A stretch of DNA of 64,000 nucleotides from Roseibacillus sp. (GTDB taxonomy: Bacteria; Verrucomicrobiota; Verrucomicrobiia; Verrucomicrobiales; Akkermansiaceae), in the NCBI GenBank assembly GCA_051251855.1, contig JBPOGI010000005.1, positions 160,001 to 224,000 of the forward strand. The letters run 5' to 3'. Positions 28,858 through 38,183 of this stretch are shown piece after piece; within the stretch, counting starts at the first letter, position 1; the number at the start of each line of letters is the position of its first letter. Below the pieces are notes generated by a model. That model saw only the letters and a list, made by a program, of their open reading frames with translations, was not told the origin of the DNA and ran no database searches. Position numbers and translations under genes: made by a program.

Positions 28858-29622
28858 ATGCTTGCCAAACGAATCATCCCTTGTCTCGACGTTACCAATG
28901 GTCGGGTGGTGAAGGGCGTTAACTTTGTGGACCTGATTGATGCCGGTGATCCGGTGGAGTCGGCTGTGGCTTATAACGAGCAGGAGGCGGATGAGATTGT
29001 CTTCCTTGATATCACGGCCTCATCTGATGGTCGGGCGACGATGGTGGATGTCGTTGAGCGCACGGCCGAGCGTTGCTTCGTACCTTTGACGGTGGGGGGC
29101 GGGATTCGTGAAGTGGAGGATATGCGTATCATGCTAGGAGCGGGTGCCGACAAGGTCGGGATTAACACTGCAGCGATTCATCGGCCTCAAGTGATTGATG
29201 AGGGGTCCAGTACTTTCGGAAATCAGGCGATTGTAGTGGCTATCGACGCCAAGCAGCAAGGGCCGGGCAAGTGGGGAGTCTACACGCATGGGGGGCGTAA
29301 CCCGGTCGAAGGCCTCGATGCCATCGAGTGGGCCAAGGAGGTGGCAGACCGAGGCGCTGGCGAGATTTTACTTACAAGCATGGATGCCGATGGTACGAAA
29401 AACGGCTATGATATCGAGCTGACGGCCGCAGTGAGTGATGCGGTTGGGGTGCCGGTCATCGCCAGTGGAGGAGCAGGAAATCTCGACCATTTAGTCGATG
29501 TTCTCAAAGAGGGACGAGCAGATGCTGTTTTGGCTGCGAGTATTTTTCATTTTGGTGATTATACGGTGGCTCAGGCTAAAAACCGGCTGAGAAAGGCAGG
29601 GTTGCCATCACGTCTAACTTAA
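28858..29622 (+). CDS. hisF: Imidazole glycerol phosphate synthase cyclase subunit
   Basis: [42 protein letters not shown]. Confidence 0.97.
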   Translation: MLAKRIIPCLDVTNGRVVKGVNFVDLIDAGDPVESAVAYNEQEADEIVFLDITASSDGRATMVDVVERTAERCFVPLTVGGGIREVEDMRIMLGAGADKVGINTAAIHRPQVIDEGSSTFGNQAIVVAIDAKQQGPGKWGVYTHGGRNPVEGLDAIEWAKEVADRGAGEILLTSMDADGTKNGYDIELTAAVSDAVGVPVIASGGAGNLDHLVDVLKEGRADAVLAASIFHFGDYTVAQAKNRLRKAGLPSRLT

Positions 29623-29689
29623 AAGTCAATATTTACTTACTTTAAAGAATACGTGATTACCTGATAAAATGATTGAAATTTGGCTCAAG

Positions 29690-29706
29690 TTGGCAGACGA
29701 TATGCT
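29690..29706 (+). promoter_or_regulatory. Putative sigma54 -24/-12 promoter
   Basis: TTGGCAGACGATATGCT = GG-N10-GC, about 85 nt upstream of the porin ATG. Confidence 0.6.
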
Positions 29707-29790
29707 TGTGACTTAAATGACGAGCGGTTATTAAACCGCTGTTCACCGCGCCCCGGGGGGGAGTGGGAAGTCAAAATAACCAGACAGACT

Positions 29791-30483
29791 ATGAAAAAAA
29801 CAATCGCGCTTAGCGCAATCAGTGCAATGGCCCTCACTGGGTTTGCTTATTCGGAAATCGAAAGCTCCTTCAACGTGGGCTACAACTCCACCTACGTATG
29901 GCGTGGACAAGACCTCGGTGACAGCATGTATCAGTACGGTCTCGACTTCGGCGGTTCTTGCGACTGCGGACTCGATTGGAGTGCTGGTATCTGGTACGCG
30001 AACCCTTCTGATGCTGCGCTCAATGACGAACTCGACATCTATGGTGAGATTTCTAAGGACCTTGGAGTTGGAACTGTTGCTCTCGGATTTATCCATTATG
30101 AGTTCGACGAAAACGGAGCGGACAACACTGAAGCTTATGTGAGCCTTAGCACCAGCTATGCTGGCCTTGAGTTGGGAGCTACTTACTACCAAGTGATCGA
30201 CGGTAATATCGGAAACCCTTCTTGGGCTGAGCTCAGCGCTTCTTACGGGTTTGAAATCTCTGACAAGCTTTCTGCTTCTCTCGGATTGGGCCTCGGATCG
30301 ACTGTTGATACCGACGGTGGAGACAGCTACGTGAACTACAATGCTTCTTTAAGCTTCGACTACGCTGTGAGCGAGGACATCTCTTTCTCTCCTTACATCG
30401 CATACAACAGTGCTTCAGGTCTCGATGCACTCACTGACTTTGACGGTCTCTACGGCGGTGCTGTTGTGACCTTCAGCTTCTAA
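29791..30483 (+). CDS. Outer-membrane beta-barrel (TorF/TIGR02001-like putative porin)
   Basis: Start MKKTIALSA; signal peptide, STYVWRG, ELDIY, alternating beta-strands, C-terminal TFSF. Confidence 0.75.
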   Translation: MKKTIALSAISAMALTGFAYSEIESSFNVGYNSTYVWRGQDLGDSMYQYGLDFGGSCDCGLDWSAGIWYANPSDAALNDELDIYGEISKDLGVGTVALGFIHYEFDENGADNTEAYVSLSTSYAGLELGATYYQVIDGNIGNPSWAELSASYGFEISDKLSASLGLGLGSTVDTDGGDSYVNYNASLSFDYAVSEDISFSPYIAYNSASGLDALTDFDGLYGGAVVTFSF

Positions 30484-30509
30484 GCGAATCACTTAATCTG
30501 ATTTTGAAG

Positions 30510-30540
30510 AGCGGCTCCGAGTGATCGGGGCCGCTTTTTT
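30510..30540 (+). terminator. Intrinsic terminator
   Basis: AGCGGCTCCGA-GTGA-TCGGGGCCGCT followed by a T-run. Confidence 0.85.
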
Positions 30541-30553
30541 GTGCCTTGCCGTC

Positions 30554-30826
30554 TTAGTCTCGTTTTACTAAGCGAATGGCGATGGCGTGGCTGGCGAGAG
30601 GAGCGGTGACGAAGATGAGAAGTAGGGTAACGAGGCCGAGAAAGATGACAAAAGGTTCAGGAAAGCGAATCATGGCACCGGTCATCATCAGAACGACACC
30701 AAGGGAGGAGGCTTTCGTTGCGGCATGAAGCCGAGCCAGGGCGTCGGGCATCCGAAACAGTCCAAGGGATGCTATGATGAAGCAAAGGCTTCCTAGTAGA
30801 ATCAGGAGTTCAGCAAGGAGGATCAT
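30554..30826 (-). CDS. mrpG: Mrp/Mnh antiporter subunit G
   Basis: GLFRMPD...RLHAATK; TAPLASH. Confidence 0.92.
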   Translation of the reverse strand: MILLAELLILLGSLCFIIASLGLFRMPDALARLHAATKASSLGVVLMMTGAMIRFPEPFVIFLGLVTLLLIFVTAPLASHAIAIRLVKRD

Positions 30827-31080
30827 GAGGAGGCAATTTTGGTTTTAAAGAGGCGGGAGAGGATCAGGGTAGAGATGAACCCTAACAGAGAAAGAACGAA
30901 GGCAAATTGAAGAGGGAGAGCATTCCGGTCGTGGAAGGCCAACACAATACTGAGGGCAATGAGTTCAAAGCTGAGAACATCAATCGCGATGACCTTGTCG
31001 ACTTCCGTGCGAGCGGTGAGGATGCGAAGGAGGGTCATCACGAGAGAGATGATGAGAAGAGTGGAAGCGATTGCTAGCAT
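30823..31080 (-). CDS. mrpF: Mrp/Mnh antiporter subunit F
   Basis: DKVIAID; LLGFIST; operon position. Confidence 0.88.
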   Translation of the reverse strand: MLAIASTLLIISLVMTLLRILTARTEVDKVIAIDVLSFELIALSIVLAFHDRNALPLQFAFVLSLLGFISTLILSRLFKTKIASS

Positions 31081-31097
31081 ACGAGTAGGGTGAGATT

Positions 31098-31418
31098 CTA
31101 AATTGGGAGGCGAGCGACTAGTTTTTCATAGCGCTCTTTGATTTCCGTCAGGGTGCCCTCGGGGTCGTCGCCACCGTAGAGCGAGTGCACGAGAATGGTG
31201 CGTCCCTCGTCGACCTCATCGACTGCGAGGGTGCCGGGGGTCATTGTGATCAGGCTGGCAAGCAGAAGGCGCTTGCGGGGAGAATCAAGATCGATCGGGA
31301 CTCGTAAGAGAACAGGATTGATACGAGAGCGAGGAGTGAGCACGTCGTAGCCCACGTAGAGCGCGCCGGCGACGATTTCCTTGAGGTAGTAAAAGGGGAA
31401 GATGAGTAGAGCGATCAT
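31098..31418 (-). CDS. mrpE: Mrp/Mnh antiporter subunit E
   Basis: LASLITMTPGT; VH. Confidence 0.92.
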   Translation of the reverse strand: MIALLIFPFYYLKEIVAGALYVGYDVLTPRSRINPVLLRVPIDLDSPRKRLLLASLITMTPGTLAVDEVDEGRTILVHSLYGGDDPEGTLTEIKERYEKLVARLPI

Positions 31419-32932
31419 GGAGAGATGGTAGAGCTGGAAGGCGTTCCTAGCACGGCGTCGAGATAAGCCTGGGGTTCGAGGAGAGACTGGGCGGCTGTAT
31501 GAGCGAGTTCAAAGACGGGACCGGCAGCGACTCCGATAGAGATGGTGACCACTGCGAGGGCTCCGGAAGTGAGAATAAGAACGAGAGGGGCTGGCTTGCG
31601 CACTTCGGAGGCGCCTTCCTCGGCTTCCCCCCAAAAGAGGTTTCGCCAAATCTTCAGCATCGAGAAAATGGTGAGAATTCCAACTAAAGCGACAAAGAGA
31701 GCGGCGAGCCAATCGCTATTGGCAAGAGTTGCCTTTAAGAGACTGAATTTCGCAAAGAATCCTGAGAGGGGAGGAAGGCCTGCTAAGGAGAGAGCAGGCA
31801 CTGCAAAAAGAAGAGCGATAATGGGTGATGAGCGGGCCACTCCGCGAATGGTCTCGAGGTTGGACGAGCCGGCGTGGTGCTCGACGAGAGCAGTCACGAA
31901 GAAGAGATTCGCCTTCACCACGATATGGTGGACGAGGTAGTAGATTCCGGCAGCGATGGCGAGGGGGGTGTAGATCGCAAGGGCGAGAGCCATATAGCCG
32001 ACCTGGCTGATGATATGAAAAGAGAGGATGCGCCGCATATCATTTTGACCCACCGCACCGAGTACGCCACCCACCATGGTGAGGAGGGCCAGCACGAGGA
32101 GTACGGTTTGATGGGGCAAGATACTATCGACCGCAAAGACCATTCCGAAGATGCGGAAAAAGGCGTAAAGACCGACCTTGGTCAGGAGGCCCGCGAACAT
32201 GGCTGAGAGAGCGGGAGGGACGGAGGGGTAGGAGCCCGGCAGCCAGAAGGCGAGGGGAATGAGAGCAGACTTGATTCCAAAAGCGCCCACGAGGAGAGCG
32301 GTAGAGCTGTTGAGAAGGAAGGAGTCGGGCGAGTCTTGCAGACGCAGGTGGAGATCCGCAAAGTTGAGAGTTCCTGTCTTTCCGTAAATGAGTCCCGCAG
32401 CGGCGAGAAAGAGGATGGAAGATACTAAGTTGATGACTACATAGCGCCAAGTTCCTGTTCGGGCGGCCTTGCCGGGAACGATGGCCATCAGCGCGAAGGA
32501 CGAGAGCAGCAGAACCTCGAACCAGACGTAGAGGTTGAACAAGTCACCGGTGAGGAAGGCGCCTGTAGTGCCGAGGCTAAGGGTCAAGATGAGCGCATTG
32601 ACCGACCGACGGCGATAGTGTGCTGGAAGTAGCTTGGCTGAGTAAATTAGGCAGGCAAGGACGACGAGTTGGCAAATTACAAGCATCATGCTGGCAAAGA
32701 CATCTGCAACCATCACGATGCCAAAGGGGGCCTTCCAACCCCCAAGCGCTAGTGCGTGTACCGACCCGTCGGCCGTCGCTTGCAGAAGGCCGATAGAAGC
32801 GAACAAGCCTAGGGAGGCTGCGACGATAGCGCACCCAACGGAGACGCGATTCTTCGTTTGGAAAAAATAGCTCAGCACGGCACCAATGAGAGGCGCGAGA
32901 AGGGCTAAGACGATGAGGTTTTCTGGGGTCAT
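31415..32932 (-). CDS. mrpD: Mrp/Mnh antiporter subunit D
   Basis: LGGWKAPFGI, TGDLFNLYVWFE, WLPGSY, GLPPLSGF. Confidence 0.95.
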   Translation of the reverse strand: MTPENLIVLALLAPLIGAVLSYFFQTKNRVSVGCAIVAASLGLFASIGLLQATADGSVHALALGGWKAPFGIVMVADVFASMMLVICQLVVLACLIYSAKLLPAHYRRRSVNALILTLSLGTTGAFLTGDLFNLYVWFEVLLLSSFALMAIVPGKAARTGTWRYVVINLVSSILFLAAAGLIYGKTGTLNFADLHLRLQDSPDSFLLNSSTALLVGAFGIKSALIPLAFWLPGSYPSVPPALSAMFAGLLTKVGLYAFFRIFGMVFAVDSILPHQTVLLVLALLTMVGGVLGAVGQNDMRRILSFHIISQVGYMALALAIYTPLAIAAGIYYLVHHIVVKANLFFVTALVEHHAGSSNLETIRGVARSSPIIALLFAVPALSLAGLPPLSGFFAKFSLLKATLANSDWLAALFVALVGILTIFSMLKIWRNLFWGEAEEGASEVRKPAPLVLILTSGALAVVTISIGVAAGPVFELAHTAAQSLLEPQAYLDAVLGTPSSSTISP

Positions 32933-33231
32933 TTAGAAGAGCTGCGAATGAGAAGAGTGAGAAGGAAGGCGAGGATGCCGAAGCCAATAACGATGGCAGT
33001 CAGGACAAGGGCTTGGGGTAGGGGATCTGCGTAATCTGCGGCATTGACGGGGCCTTTCCCTACGAAGGCAGCCGCATTGTGTTTCAACCCACCCGAGGAG
33101 AAAATGATGAGGTTGGCCCCTTGGCTGAGAAGAATGAGCCCGATGATAGCGTCGGTCTTACTACCTCCAAGGAGACGATAGATTCCGGCCGCAACGAGGA
33201 CGCCGATGGTGATGGCAACGAGGATTTCCAT
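32929..33231 (-). CDS. mrpC: Mrp/Mnh antiporter subunit C
   Basis: ADPLPQALVLTAIVIGF. Confidence 0.95.
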   Translation of the reverse strand: MEILVAITIGVLVAAGIYRLLGGSKTDAIIGLILLSQGANLIIFSSGGLKHNAAAFVGKGPVNAADYADPLPQALVLTAIVIGFGILAFLLTLLIRSSSK

Positions 33232-33234
33232 GAA

Positions 33235-35937
33235 TTAAAGGGGGCGAGGGATGTAGAAGTGACGGAGGTAATTGAGGGCAAAGCCCAAGACGGACAGCAT
33301 GACCCCTAAGTCGAAAAGGAGAGGGGTTCCAAGATGGAAGTCACCTCGGTGATACCAGAGTCCGGTGAAGAAGGTTTTCCCAATCAAGAGAGGCAAGAGC
33401 GCTGAGATGCAGGAGATGATGAGTCCCGCGACAAGGAGGCCTCGCGAGAGCTTACGTAACTTTGGAGGAGTGAGACGACCACGTTGGAATAGGATGGCGA
33501 GCCCAAAGGCAGAGGCCAGGATGAGAGCGGCGACGAAGCCACCGCCGGAGTAGTTGTGACCACGCCAGAAGAGCCAACCGGCGGTAACGACGAGAATGGA
33601 GATGATGGCGGTGAGTCCGGTGCCGATCCATGGCGTAGACTGGCCGGGGATTTCGGCTCTGGTGCGGGCGGCCCCCAAGGCAGCGTTCGCACCTAAAGCA
33701 GCAATGACGAGGACGGTAAGTTCTCCCAGAGTGTCAAGGGCGCGGAAATCCACGAGGATGACATTGACCACATTCGCTCCGTAGGCTGAGGGCTTACTTT
33801 CGGCGAGGTGGAAGTCGGAGATGGGATGGTCCCAATCGAGAGCAATCGCTTTGAGAATGAGAGCGGTGACGAGCACTCCAGAGGCAGTGGCGATTCCCAC
33901 CCGAAGGAACTTGGAAACACTTTCTTTGGGATGCTGTTCTTGCGCGCTGGTCCGGCTCTTAATGAGAGCTACGGCGAGGAGAAAAAGAGTGAGGGTTTCA
34001 GCTAGGAGCTGGGTGAGAGCGAGGTCGGGGGCGCTGAACCAAAGGAAGAGAAAGGCAACCAGCAAGCCAACGAATCCGAGGGAGACAAGCAAGGGAAGTG
34101 TTTCGCGAGTGCGCGCGGCAACGATGGCTGCACAAGCAATGAGGGGGGCGAGGCAAAGGAAGGCGATAGCGTTGCTATCGGCGCCGAACTGAATTTTGGG
34201 CCAAGTCTGGGGTTGGAGTGAGAGAAAGACGAGCGAGCCAATGGCAACCAGCATGAGGGCGAGGTGACTTTGGAGTGAGCCCTTTTCTAACAGTTTTCCG
34301 ATTTGCTTGGCGAGATTGCGCAGAGCTTCGATACCGAGATTGAAGAGATTCTCGAAGAGGGGGAGAAAGAGGTTGGGCAGAGGCGGGAGATTGGGTCGCG
34401 ACAGAACCTTCGCAACGAAGAGAGAAAGAAGTAGGGCGCTGATACCCAGTCCGAGAGCGGGAGTCCAGCCATGCCATAGCTTGTAGGAGGCTTCTGCTTC
34501 GGCGCCAAGGGCGGTGGCGGCAGGTCCTAAAAAATTATGGCTGGAAAGGGGAAGGGAGAAGGTTAGGAGCAAGGCTCCCAGAGCGGGAAGAATCATTGCG
34601 ATTGCCAAGGGGAGGGGAAGATCGCGTTTGGGTTCGACACGGTCTTGGCGCGAAAGCATGGGAATAACGGTACGGAGACCGAGGCCCAGAACACCGGCTG
34701 CCGCGATTGCAACAGCGATGGCGAGAAGGGGAGAGTGATACCAAGTCGCCTTGAGGAGATATTCTTTGCCAAGGAAGCCAGGAAGCGGAGCCACGCCAAG
34801 AAGAGAGGCAACGGATACGATGATTACGAGACCTGTAATTTTGGCGGTGTGAAAGGCACCTTTCAGCATCGAAAGCCGTCGTGTCCCAAACCGAATTTCT
34901 AGATTTCCTGCTGCGAGGAAGAGAGGGGCTTTGTACAGTGCATGGGCTGTTAGGAAGATAACGAAGCCGAGCTGCGCTGCTGGGGTGCCAATTGCGGCGA
35001 GGATGGTAAGGAAGCCAAGTGCTGCGAGAGTGGTCGAGGCGAGGATCGATTTGAGATCGTCTTCTCTCATTGCACGAGCAACAGCGGTGCCAATCGTCAG
35101 GATTCCCGAAGTGGCGAGGAGAGGAGTCCAGAGGGGGTGCTGGCTCATCATGGGTGCAAGGGTGGCGAGCAAAAAGACACCGGCTTTGACCATGGTTGCG
35201 GAGTGCAGAAAGGCCGAGACGGGAGTGGGGCCAACCATGGCGTTGGGTAGCCAAAAGTGGAACGGCCATTGCGCAGACTTGGTAAGAGCTCCGATCATGA
35301 CGAGGAGCATTCCAGCGGTGACCACTCCTCCCTCGGGTAGGGCTTCTTGGGAAAGAAGTTCGGAGATTTTGGCAGTGCCAAATCCTTGCTGTAGAAGAAT
35401 AAACCCAGCGAGTAGCGCGGCGCCACCACCGAGGGTGATGAGCATCGCCTGCGAGGCGTTCTCACGTGTCTTTTCATGCTGATGGTGAAAGCCCACTAAG
35501 AGAAAAGAGAAAAGAGAGGTCGCTTCCCAGAAAAGAAAGAGAAGGTAAAAGTTATCGGCCCAGATTACCCCTAACATCGCGGAGGTGAAGATGGCGAGGT
35601 AGCTCATTAAGGTGAAGCGCCCCGGCTTTTTCTCGAAATAATAACAGGCGTAAAGTTGGATGCAGGCGCCCAATCCGAGAATGAGTGCACCGAACCAGGC
35701 GGTGAAAGGGGTGAGCCGTAGCGCCCAGTCTATACCGAGCTCAGAAGCCCATGGCTTGTCTACGAGAATACTCTCTCCCTTGAGATCGAAGGCAATGAGC
35801 CATGCCGCCCCGCATCCAAAGATTAGGGCGGTTAGGACTCCGACCAAATTTTGCAATCGTTTGGGGAGACGATTCCCGACCGCAAAAAGCAGGAGGCAGA
35901 GAATCGGAAGGGCGAGAAGAATGAGGGGTGAGGACAT
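33235..35937 (-). CDS. mrpA: Mrp/Mnh antiporter fused subunit A+B (MrpA')
   Basis: Start MSSPLIL; TKSAQWPFHFWLPNAM, HSATMVKAG, APDLALTQ, VDFRALDT.GE, C-terminal MnhB domain RGHN.SGGGF. Confidence 0.93.
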   Translation of the reverse strand: MSSPLILLALPILCLLLFAVGNRLPKRLQNLVGVLTALIFGCGAAWLIAFDLKGESILVDKPWASELGIDWALRLTPFTAWFGALILGLGACIQLYACYYFEKKPGRFTLMSYLAIFTSAMLGVIWADNFYLLFLFWEATSLFSFLLVGFHHQHEKTRENASQAMLITLGGGAALLAGFILLQQGFGTAKISELLSQEALPEGGVVTAGMLLVMIGALTKSAQWPFHFWLPNAMVGPTPVSAFLHSATMVKAGVFLLATLAPMMSQHPLWTPLLATSGILTIGTAVARAMREDDLKSILASTTLAALGFLTILAAIGTPAAQLGFVIFLTAHALYKAPLFLAAGNLEIRFGTRRLSMLKGAFHTAKITGLVIIVSVASLLGVAPLPGFLGKEYLLKATWYHSPLLAIAVAIAAAGVLGLGLRTVIPMLSRQDRVEPKRDLPLPLAIAMILPALGALLLTFSLPLSSHNFLGPAATALGAEAEASYKLWHGWTPALGLGISALLLSLFVAKVLSRPNLPPLPNLFLPLFENLFNLGIEALRNLAKQIGKLLEKGSLQSHLALMLVAIGSLVFLSLQPQTWPKIQFGADSNAIAFLCLAPLIACAAIVAARTRETLPLLVSLGFVGLLVAFLFLWFSAPDLALTQLLAETLTLFLLAVALIKSRTSAQEQHPKESVSKFLRVGIATASGVLVTALILKAIALDWDHPISDFHLAESKPSAYGANVVNVILVDFRALDTLGELTVLVIAALGANAALGAARTRAEIPGQSTPWIGTGLTAIISILVVTAGWLFWRGHNYSGGGFVAALILASAFGLAILFQRGRLTPPKLRKLSRGLLVAGLIISCISALLPLLIGKTFFTGLWYHRGDFHLGTPLLFDLGVMLSVLGFALNYLRHFYIPRPL

Positions 35938-35977
35938 CAACGTGAGATCAGAAATCGGCGAGAAGCAGAGAAGCAGG

Positions 35978-36874
35978 CTATTGGCTAAGTCCCAATAATT
36001 GGCGCAAGAATCCAAGAGACGCGTTCTTTTGTTTCACCACAAGGACGGGGCATTCTGAATTTCGAATGATTTCGGCTGCCTGACTGCCAAGCACTGCAAC
36101 GGAGAGAGCATTCCGGCCTTGGCACCCGATGACTAGGAGATCGCCTTCTGCAGGCTGGCCGAGCTTGGAGATTTCTTTTCCAAAGGAGTAGCCAGTGAGT
36201 AATGTGCGTCTCCACTTGTTAGGTTGTTTGGAGTGTTCTCTCACGAAAGAGGCCAAGTTGTCAGCCTCGGTATCGAGGACTATTTTTTTTAGGGCGTCTG
36301 GGCTGATTGCCATGGTTGCTCGCGCGGTGGAAGGAACTCTGGTCAGGTGTATAGCCTCGAGCTTGCAGTCTCCTGCAGGGTCTAAGGTGGCAAAGGCTTG
36401 GGACCAATCAAGGACGAGCTTGGATAAATCCGAAAAATCGACGGAGGCGAGAATACGGCGCGGGGGCGTCGGTGGCCTACCAGGAATGACTAAAACGCCA
36501 ACCGGGCTTTTTCGCGCGAGTCTCTCTGCGAGAGCGCGGCCGTCGAAGTCATTGGCTGCAATCACCACAAGGTCGTATTCTCCTCCCGCAAGGCGATGAA
36601 GAATCGGCCCTAGTGGGGGCTCGTCGCTGGCATGAATTGAAAAAGGGAGTTCGCCAAGAGAGGCTGTGGCTTCTTGGGCGAAGGTCTTTTTGTCGTTGCT
36701 CACTGTGTTAACGCCTTCTTCGTGGGGATAGACTTCCAGTGGAACGGGTAGGCATTGGAGAATATCGATGCTTTGGGCTTGGGAGGCTACCGCAAGAAGC
36801 TTGGACCAGGCAAGGAGGGGTGCAGCATCATGATCTTGGGGAAGAACGGTGAGAATTTTTTGGAAGCGTTTCAT
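35978..36874 (-). CDS. Universal stress protein (tandem Usp domains)
   Basis: ILASVDFSD, DLLVIG..GR...LGSQAAEIIR...CPVLVV. Confidence 0.9.
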   Translation of the reverse strand: MKRFQKILTVLPQDHDAAPLLAWSKLLAVASQAQSIDILQCLPVPLEVYPHEEGVNTVSNDKKTFAQEATASLGELPFSIHASDEPPLGPILHRLAGGEYDLVVIAANDFDGRALAERLARKSPVGVLVIPGRPPTPPRRILASVDFSDLSKLVLDWSQAFATLDPAGDCKLEAIHLTRVPSTARATMAISPDALKKIVLDTEADNLASFVREHSKQPNKWRRTLLTGYSFGKEISKLGQPAEGDLLVIGCQGRNALSVAVLGSQAAEIIRNSECPVLVVKQKNASLGFLRQLLGLSQ

Positions 36875-36903
36875 TTGGTTAGTTGCGAACTAGGAATATA
36901 AAT

Positions 36904-36951
36904 ACACGAAAAAATTGTCATGTAAACAAATTCGCGACAAAATTCGCGCAA
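36904..36951. promoter_or_regulatory. Putative operator sites in the usp / CNNM divergent promoter region
   Basis: ACACGAAA-AAAT-TGTCATGT (36904-36923) and a weaker TCGCGACA-AAAT-TCGCGCAA (36932-36951); same motif recurs at 39308-39369. Confidence 0.6.
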
Positions 36952-37077
36952 TTTTGGATTATGTGCCGATAATTCGAAAAGAATGCATCATCAGAGAGAT
37001 AATTAGGATGAAAAAGAGCCCCTCTCTGCGGAGTTTCTTGAGTTTGTCTCCCTCCAACGCTTTCCTGTCCCCACTTC

Positions 37078-38112
37078 ATGCATGAACTCTTCACTTGGGC
37101 TCTCATTGTCCTGTGTCTCTCCCAATCCGCGATGTTCTCGGGGCTTAACCTTGCCCTGTTTTCTCTTTCTAAGCTTCAGCTCGAGACCGAGGTCAAAAAG
37201 GGGAGTCAAAGCGCCGTCCAAATTGCTCGGCTAAGGGGGGATGCCAATTTGCTCCTCTGCACTATTCTGTGGGGCAATGTGTCGGTTAACGTATTGCTCA
37301 CTATTTTGGCGGACTCGGTGGTGACGGGGATTTTTGCATTTCTGTTTTCTACGGTAGGAATCACTATTGTGGGTGAAATTATGCCGCAAGCGTATTTCTC
37401 TCGTAACGCGCTTAAGATGGGGGCGAGGCTTTCGCCGATCATTCGCTTCTATCGCATGCTCCTTTTTCCTGTCGCCAAGCCGAGCGCAATGTTGTTAGAC
37501 CGCTGGATTGGTCCGGAGGGAACCCGGTTTTTTAAGGAAGATGAGTTTGAGGTGATGCTTGATCAGCATATCCGTGAGCCATCCTCGGATATTTCTTACG
37601 CGGAGGGCCGGGGAGCATTGAACTTTTTGCGATTAGATGACCTGCGGGTCTCGGGCGAGGGCTCGCAGTTAGATTCTGATAGTGTGGTCGCCTTGCCGCT
37701 GCGGGATGGTAAGGCATATATCCCTGAAGCAGGGAGTGTGGAGGAAGCCATCTTATCCAAAGCGATTTCTGCCACTTCTCATACTTGGGTGGTCTTAGTT
37801 GATGAGAACGAGTATCCCCTCGAGTGCATGAACGTGGACGACTATCTGCGCGCTCTCTATGATGGCAAGATGGAGGTTCCTCTCCTGGAGTATTGTCAAA
37901 AACCCATCGTCACCACTGATTCGGATTTGACGTTGGATAGGGTGCTACCTCAGCTAGACGTCGAGTCCGAGCACCATGGTGACCGAGCTTTGGACCGCGA
38001 AGTGGTTCTCTATTGGGGAGATAGGACCAAGCGTATTATCACCGGAGCCGACCTTCTTGGGCGACTTCTTCATGGAATCGTCATTCGTCGCCAGGCTGAA
38101 AATTTGGATTAG
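37078..38112 (+). CDS. CNNM/DUF21 (CorB-like) membrane protein with degenerate CBS region
   Basis: SAMFSGLNLALFSL, LLCTILWGNV.VN, GEIMPQAY. Confidence 0.88.
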   Translation: MHELFTWALIVLCLSQSAMFSGLNLALFSLSKLQLETEVKKGSQSAVQIARLRGDANLLLCTILWGNVSVNVLLTILADSVVTGIFAFLFSTVGITIVGEIMPQAYFSRNALKMGARLSPIIRFYRMLLFPVAKPSAMLLDRWIGPEGTRFFKEDEFEVMLDQHIREPSSDISYAEGRGALNFLRLDDLRVSGEGSQLDSDSVVALPLRDGKAYIPEAGSVEEAILSKAISATSHTWVVLVDENEYPLECMNVDDYLRALYDGKMEVPLLEYCQKPIVTTDSDLTLDRVLPQLDVESEHHGDRALDREVVLYWGDRTKRIITGADLLGRLLHGIVIRRQAENLD

Positions 38113-38144
38113 AAAAAGGACAGGCCGTTTTCACAGCCTGTCCT
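38113..38144 (-). terminator. Intrinsic terminator between convergent genes
   Basis: AGGACAGGC/GCCTGTCCT stem with an A-run on the left. Confidence 0.7.
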
Positions 38145-38183
38145 CAAGGACGCGTCCTTACCGAATTTTTAAGCGGAACCTCT

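Noticed and set aside
30554..35937. Mrp genes as NADH dehydrogenase or a DAB carbon pump
   Set aside because: A complete A'CDEFG set identifies a group-2 Mrp; no nuo or DUF2309 gene is present
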